DNA of 13,890 nucleotides, taken from positions 1 through 13,890 of the forward strand of contig JANWZT010000017.1 of assembly GCA_025054515.1 (NCBI GenBank), in the 5' to 3' direction. The notes under the pieces were generated by a model. The model saw nothing but the letters and a program-made list of their open reading frames with translations, searched no databases and was not told the DNA's origin. The stretch is from Candidatus Caldarchaeum sp. GTDB lineage: Archaea; Thermoproteota; Nitrososphaeria_A; Caldarchaeales; Caldarchaeaceae. The position numbers and the translations under genes are program-made. Positions 11,059 to 13,890 of the stretch are shown here, in pieces. Position 1 is the first letter of the stretch, and each line of letters starts with the position of its first letter.

Positions 11059-13527
11059 ATGTCACACCAGCCCTACATCAAAACGGGACGGGACTTTGTT
11101 TTCCCCGACTACAAACCTCGTTACCCACGAAAACCATCGTTCAAAATCGACCACTACAAGCTTTTCATCAACATAGACCCTGACGACAAACGTCTCGACG
11201 GCGAAGCATACATAACTTTTGCAGACGGCTGTACATCAGCATCCCTCGACGCAGTTGATTTCGAGATGCTGGAGATATCGGGAGCGGTTGAAAGTAGTTA
11301 CGACGGCAAGAACATCTACGTCCGACTTAACCCCACAATCAAGAACACGGTCAAGATAGTGTACAGAGTTTGGCCTCGCACGGGCGTCCATTTCATCCCG
11401 TCCTCCAAAAGTAACGGATTTCCGTCTATCTGGAGCCACGGGGAACCGGAATATCACAGAAACTGGATGCCCATCTACGACTACCCCAACATGAAATTCA
11501 CGTCCGAGCTCGTTGTAACCGTACCCAAACCTCTCGAAGTGGTCTCCAACGGAGAATTGGTCAGGAAAGAGGAATCTCCCGATGGGAGAAACGTCTGGCA
11601 CTGGTTGATGGACAAGCCGCATACATCCTACCTCATCAGCTTCGTGGCCGGAGTGTTCGACAGGGAAGAGGAGATGTTTGACGGTGTCAAGCTCGAATAT
11701 TATGTTCCACGCGGTATGAAACAGTATGTTAAGAATTCCTTCTCGAAGACCGGCGACATGATGCGGTTTTTCAGCCAATATTTCATGTTCCCATATCCGT
11801 TCAAGTCTTACCGTCAGGTATGCGTGCCCGAGTTTGTTGTTGGCGGTATGGAAAACACCACTGCAACGACGCTCACTGACCTAACGCTTCACGACGACAT
11901 CGCCCACATGGATTTTTCAAGCGACCCTCTCGTCGCTCACGAACTCGCCCATCAGTGGTTCGGCGACCTCGTAACATGCAGGGACTGGTCGCATATTTGG
12001 CTCAACGAATCATTCGCAACATATCTTGAAAACCTCTACTTAAGGCACGACAAAGGCCGCGACGAATTTCTCTACGAACTCTACAACGACCTCCAATCTT
12101 ACCTCGACGAATACAGAAGAAGATATTCACGGCCGGTAGTCTATAGGGTCTACAAATATCCCGAAGAGCTTTTCGACAGACACGCATACCCGAAGGGCGG
12201 ACTGGTCCTGCACACTTTGTCTAACATCGTCGGCGAAGAAAACTTCCGCAAAGCCCTTAACCTGTTCTTGAAGAGACATTCGTTTTCTAACGCAGATACT
12301 GAAGACTTCCGTAAAGCGTTAGAAGAAGTTTCCGGAATTCCGCTGGAACAGCTCTTTGAACAGCTGGTCTACTCCTCGGGTCATCCCTCCATTAAGGCGG
12401 CTTACAGCTGGGACGCTGACTCACGGATGTTGAAAATCAGCTTGAAGCAGGTGCAAGGCGATGATTCTCCCGAAACTTATGGGTTGGAGTTGGAGGTCCG
12501 TGTTTCGACTTCGGATGAAACTTTGGTGAAAAAAATTTCTCTGGAAGAACGTGAAGTTACGCTTTATCTTCCGCTCAAGGAGAGACCCGGTCACGTCTGC
12601 ATCGACCCGGAGTTAAAGCTTCTGAGGGTGGTTGAGGTGGAAAGGCCTTTGGAGGAGCTTTTGAAGGCGGTTGAACGATGTGAAAACGTTGTCTGTCGGT
12701 TGGAAATGGTTGAATCGTTGGCGAAAGCCGGAGGAAGAAGGGCTGTTGAAGTCTTGGAAAGAGTTGTTAGGCAGGACAGGTTTTGGGGTGTTTCTTACAG
12801 AGCTGCGAAAGCTCTCGGCGACATAGGGTCCGAGGACGCTAAGAAGGCGTTGATTAGACTCGAAAAGTCCGTGCATCATCCAAAGATAAGAAGGGGAATC
12901 GTCGAGGCCATGGGAATTTTCGAAAAGGACAAAGAAGTTTTCGACGTTTTGGTAAAAGTTATCGAAAACGCGTCAGAGTCCTACTACGTAAGGCAGTCAG
13001 CCTGCATCAGCTTGGGCAGGTTAAAGCTCGTCGAAGCCCTTCCTGTTTTGACTGAGGCTTCGAAGACGTCTTCACACGCCCACGTGATTCATTCGGGTGC
13101 CGTTCAAGGTCTGGCGGAAACCGGGTTCGACGAAGCATTCAAATTCGTTGTCGAGCGGGTTAATCAGGAATATCCGACGCCTGTGAGAGTTGCGGCTACC
13201 GTGTCGCTGGCCAAGTTCCCCGGCAAAAAAGAGGTGTACGAAATATTGGAGAAACTGTCGGAAGACGACAGCGAACGCGTCCGCCATGCCGTCGTGGCTG
13301 CGGCGAGGGAGCTGCTGGACCCCCGTCTCCTACAAATTCTGGACAAAATGGCTGAAAAGGACTTGAACGAAAGGGTGCGTCGCACAGCGCGGGAAGTCGT
13401 GAAAAGGATAAGGGACAACCTCGAAAGAGGCGTCGAATACAAGGCTTTACGGGAGGAGGTTGAGAAGATGAAGGAGGAGAACAGGAGGATTTTGGACAAA
13501 ATCTACCGCATTGAGGGCAAAACCTAA
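11059..13527 (+). CDS. M1-family zinc aminopeptidase (aminopeptidase N / tricorn-interacting-factor-like) with C-terminal HEAT repeats and a coiled-coil tail
   Basis: 822 aa. The exopeptidase motif is GGMEN (a GxMEN variant). The zinc site is HELAH-x18-E (HELAHQWFGDLVTCRDWSHIWLNESFATY). From about aa 560 to 780 there are repeated HEAT/PBS-lyase-like units (VESLAKAGGRRAVEVLERVV..., AAKALGDIGSEDAKKALIRL..., VRQSACISLGRLKLVEALPVL..., VRVAATVSLAKF..., ERVRHAVVAAAREL...). The protein ends in a charged heptad-like tail, EYKALREEVEKMKEENRRILDKIYRIEGKT. Confidence 0.9.
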   Translation: MSHQPYIKTGRDFVFPDYKPRYPRKPSFKIDHYKLFINIDPDDKRLDGEAYITFADGCTSASLDAVDFEMLEISGAVESSYDGKNIYVRLNPTIKNTVKIVYRVWPRTGVHFIPSSKSNGFPSIWSHGEPEYHRNWMPIYDYPNMKFTSELVVTVPKPLEVVSNGELVRKEESPDGRNVWHWLMDKPHTSYLISFVAGVFDREEEMFDGVKLEYYVPRGMKQYVKNSFSKTGDMMRFFSQYFMFPYPFKSYRQVCVPEFVVGGMENTTATTLTDLTLHDDIAHMDFSSDPLVAHELAHQWFGDLVTCRDWSHIWLNESFATYLENLYLRHDKGRDEFLYELYNDLQSYLDEYRRRYSRPVVYRVYKYPEELFDRHAYPKGGLVLHTLSNIVGEENFRKALNLFLKRHSFSNADTEDFRKALEEVSGIPLEQLFEQLVYSSGHPSIKAAYSWDADSRMLKISLKQVQGDDSPETYGLELEVRVSTSDETLVKKISLEEREVTLYLPLKERPGHVCIDPELKLLRVVEVERPLEELLKAVERCENVVCRLEMVESLAKAGGRRAVEVLERVVRQDRFWGVSYRAAKALGDIGSEDAKKALIRLEKSVHHPKIRRGIVEAMGIFEKDKEVFDVLVKVIENASESYYVRQSACISLGRLKLVEALPVLTEASKTSSHAHVIHSGAVQGLAETGFDEAFKFVVERVNQEYPTPVRVAATVSLAKFPGKKEVYEILEKLSEDDSERVRHAVVAAARELLDPRLLQILDKMAEKDLNERVRRTAREVVKRIRDNLERGVEYKALREEVEKMKEENRRILDKIYRIEGKT

Positions 13528-13550
13528 ATTTCTATCTCGAACACTTCCGA

Positions 13551-13610
13551 GATGGCTGTGATGAATCCTCGAACGTGAGCGGTGATGTTCTCTGGGGTAT
13601 CTGAGCCATC
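13551..13610 (+). ncRNA. Candidate archaeal C/D box sRNA (2'-O-methylation guide)
   Basis: The layout is GATGGC t GTGATGA(C) ATCCTCGAAC GTGA(D') gcg GTGATGT(C') TCTCTGGGGTAT CTGA(D) GCCATC. A 6-bp terminal stem (13551-56 with 13605-10) abuts the D box directly. It is separated from the C-box GA by a 3-nt bulge, which is the k-turn geometry. The C'-D guide is exactly 12 nt and the D'-C' loop is 3 nt. The region is intergenic and overlaps only the CBS stop codon. The weak points are the 10-nt C-D' spacer and the degenerate D'/C' boxes. Confidence 0.6.
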
Positions 13611-13890
13611 AAATAAGAGTAACGACGGATTCGATGATGTCTCTAGTGGTTATCATGCCGACCAGTTCTCCGTCGGCGTTGACCACTGGGAGATGTCTGA
13701 TCTGGTTCGACAACATGATGTTTCTTGCGTCGTTTATAGACCTGTCTTCCCGGATGACGATTACGTTGCGTGTCATGAACTGTTTGACGGGTGCTTCCGG
13801 TTCAACGCCGAGCGCGAAAAACTTTACGAAATCCTTTTCCGTAACGATACCAACGACTTTCTTCCCTGATAAAACGACGACGCTGCTGAC
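13609..13890 (-). CDS. CBS domain-containing protein, C-terminal fragment; the gene continues beyond the right edge
   Basis: My own minus-strand translation is ...GKKVVGIVTEKDFVKFFALGVEPEAPVKQFMTRNVIVIREDRSINDARNIMLSNQIRHLPVVNADGELVGMITTRDIIESVVTLI*. It contains typical CBS-pair elements (G.vT.kD, M....v.v......a...m....i..lPVv...g.lvGmiT..Di). It is not in the ORF track; the listed 13582..13869(+) ORF is its antisense shadow. Confidence 0.8.
   Translation of the reverse strand, partial: VSSVVVLSGKKVVGIVTEKDFVKFFALGVEPEAPVKQFMTRNVIVIREDRSINDARNIMLSNQIRHLPVVNADGELVGMITTRDIIESVVTLI

Noticed and set aside
13582-13869. 95-aa plus-strand ORF at the right edge
   Set aside because: It is antisense to a clear CBS-domain coding frame, and its first codons fall inside the C/D sRNA candidate. 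It has no motifs.
1-13890. CRISPR arrays, transposases/IS elements, rRNA genes, known defence-system genes
   Set aside because: No direct-repeat/spacer periodicity, no terminal inverted repeats with a transposase ORF, and no signature domains of such genes appeared in any of the six frames I examined.

Overview
This window reads as a densely packed archaeal chromosomal segment of about 50% GC. The lineage is probably a thermophilic TACK/Thermoproteota-type archaeon, but I cannot name the organism. The evidence for an archaeal origin is fourfold. There is an Orc1/Cdc6 gene. TATA boxes sit about 26 nt upstream of tRNA and gene starts, with very short or absent leaders. Two of the three tRNA genes carry bulge-helix-bulge introns at non-canonical positions. 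A canonical C/D box sRNA layout is also present. Most content is housekeeping or metabolic. It comprises a metallophosphoesterase (partial), a CoA-binding protein, the AmmeMemoRadiSam radical SAM enzyme, a DAO-family flavoprotein and 2-oxoacid dehydrogenase E1 alpha/beta. It also holds a GYD protein, Orc1/Cdc6 with a small wHTH protein, HisC, a Tat-signal PQQ-type sugar dehydrogenase, an M1 aminopeptidase fused to HEAT repeats, and a CBS protein (partial). I see no CRISPR array, transposase, integrase or recognisable defence system. Four items are most worth follow-up. (1) A 60-nt C/D box sRNA candidate at 13551-13610 is explained by no ORF. (2) tRNA-Lys(UUU) and tRNA-Thr(GGU) have introns at about 30/31 and 45/46 with clean BHB motifs. 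(3) The E1 alpha/beta pair is accompanied only by an 81-aa stand-alone lipoyl domain, with no E2 catalytic domain and no E3. (4) Several small uncharacterised genes sit beside perfect palindromes in the divergent promoters. Both window edges carry real partial CDSs that the ORF track does not list. All functional calls come from motifs I read in the translations. No database search was run.
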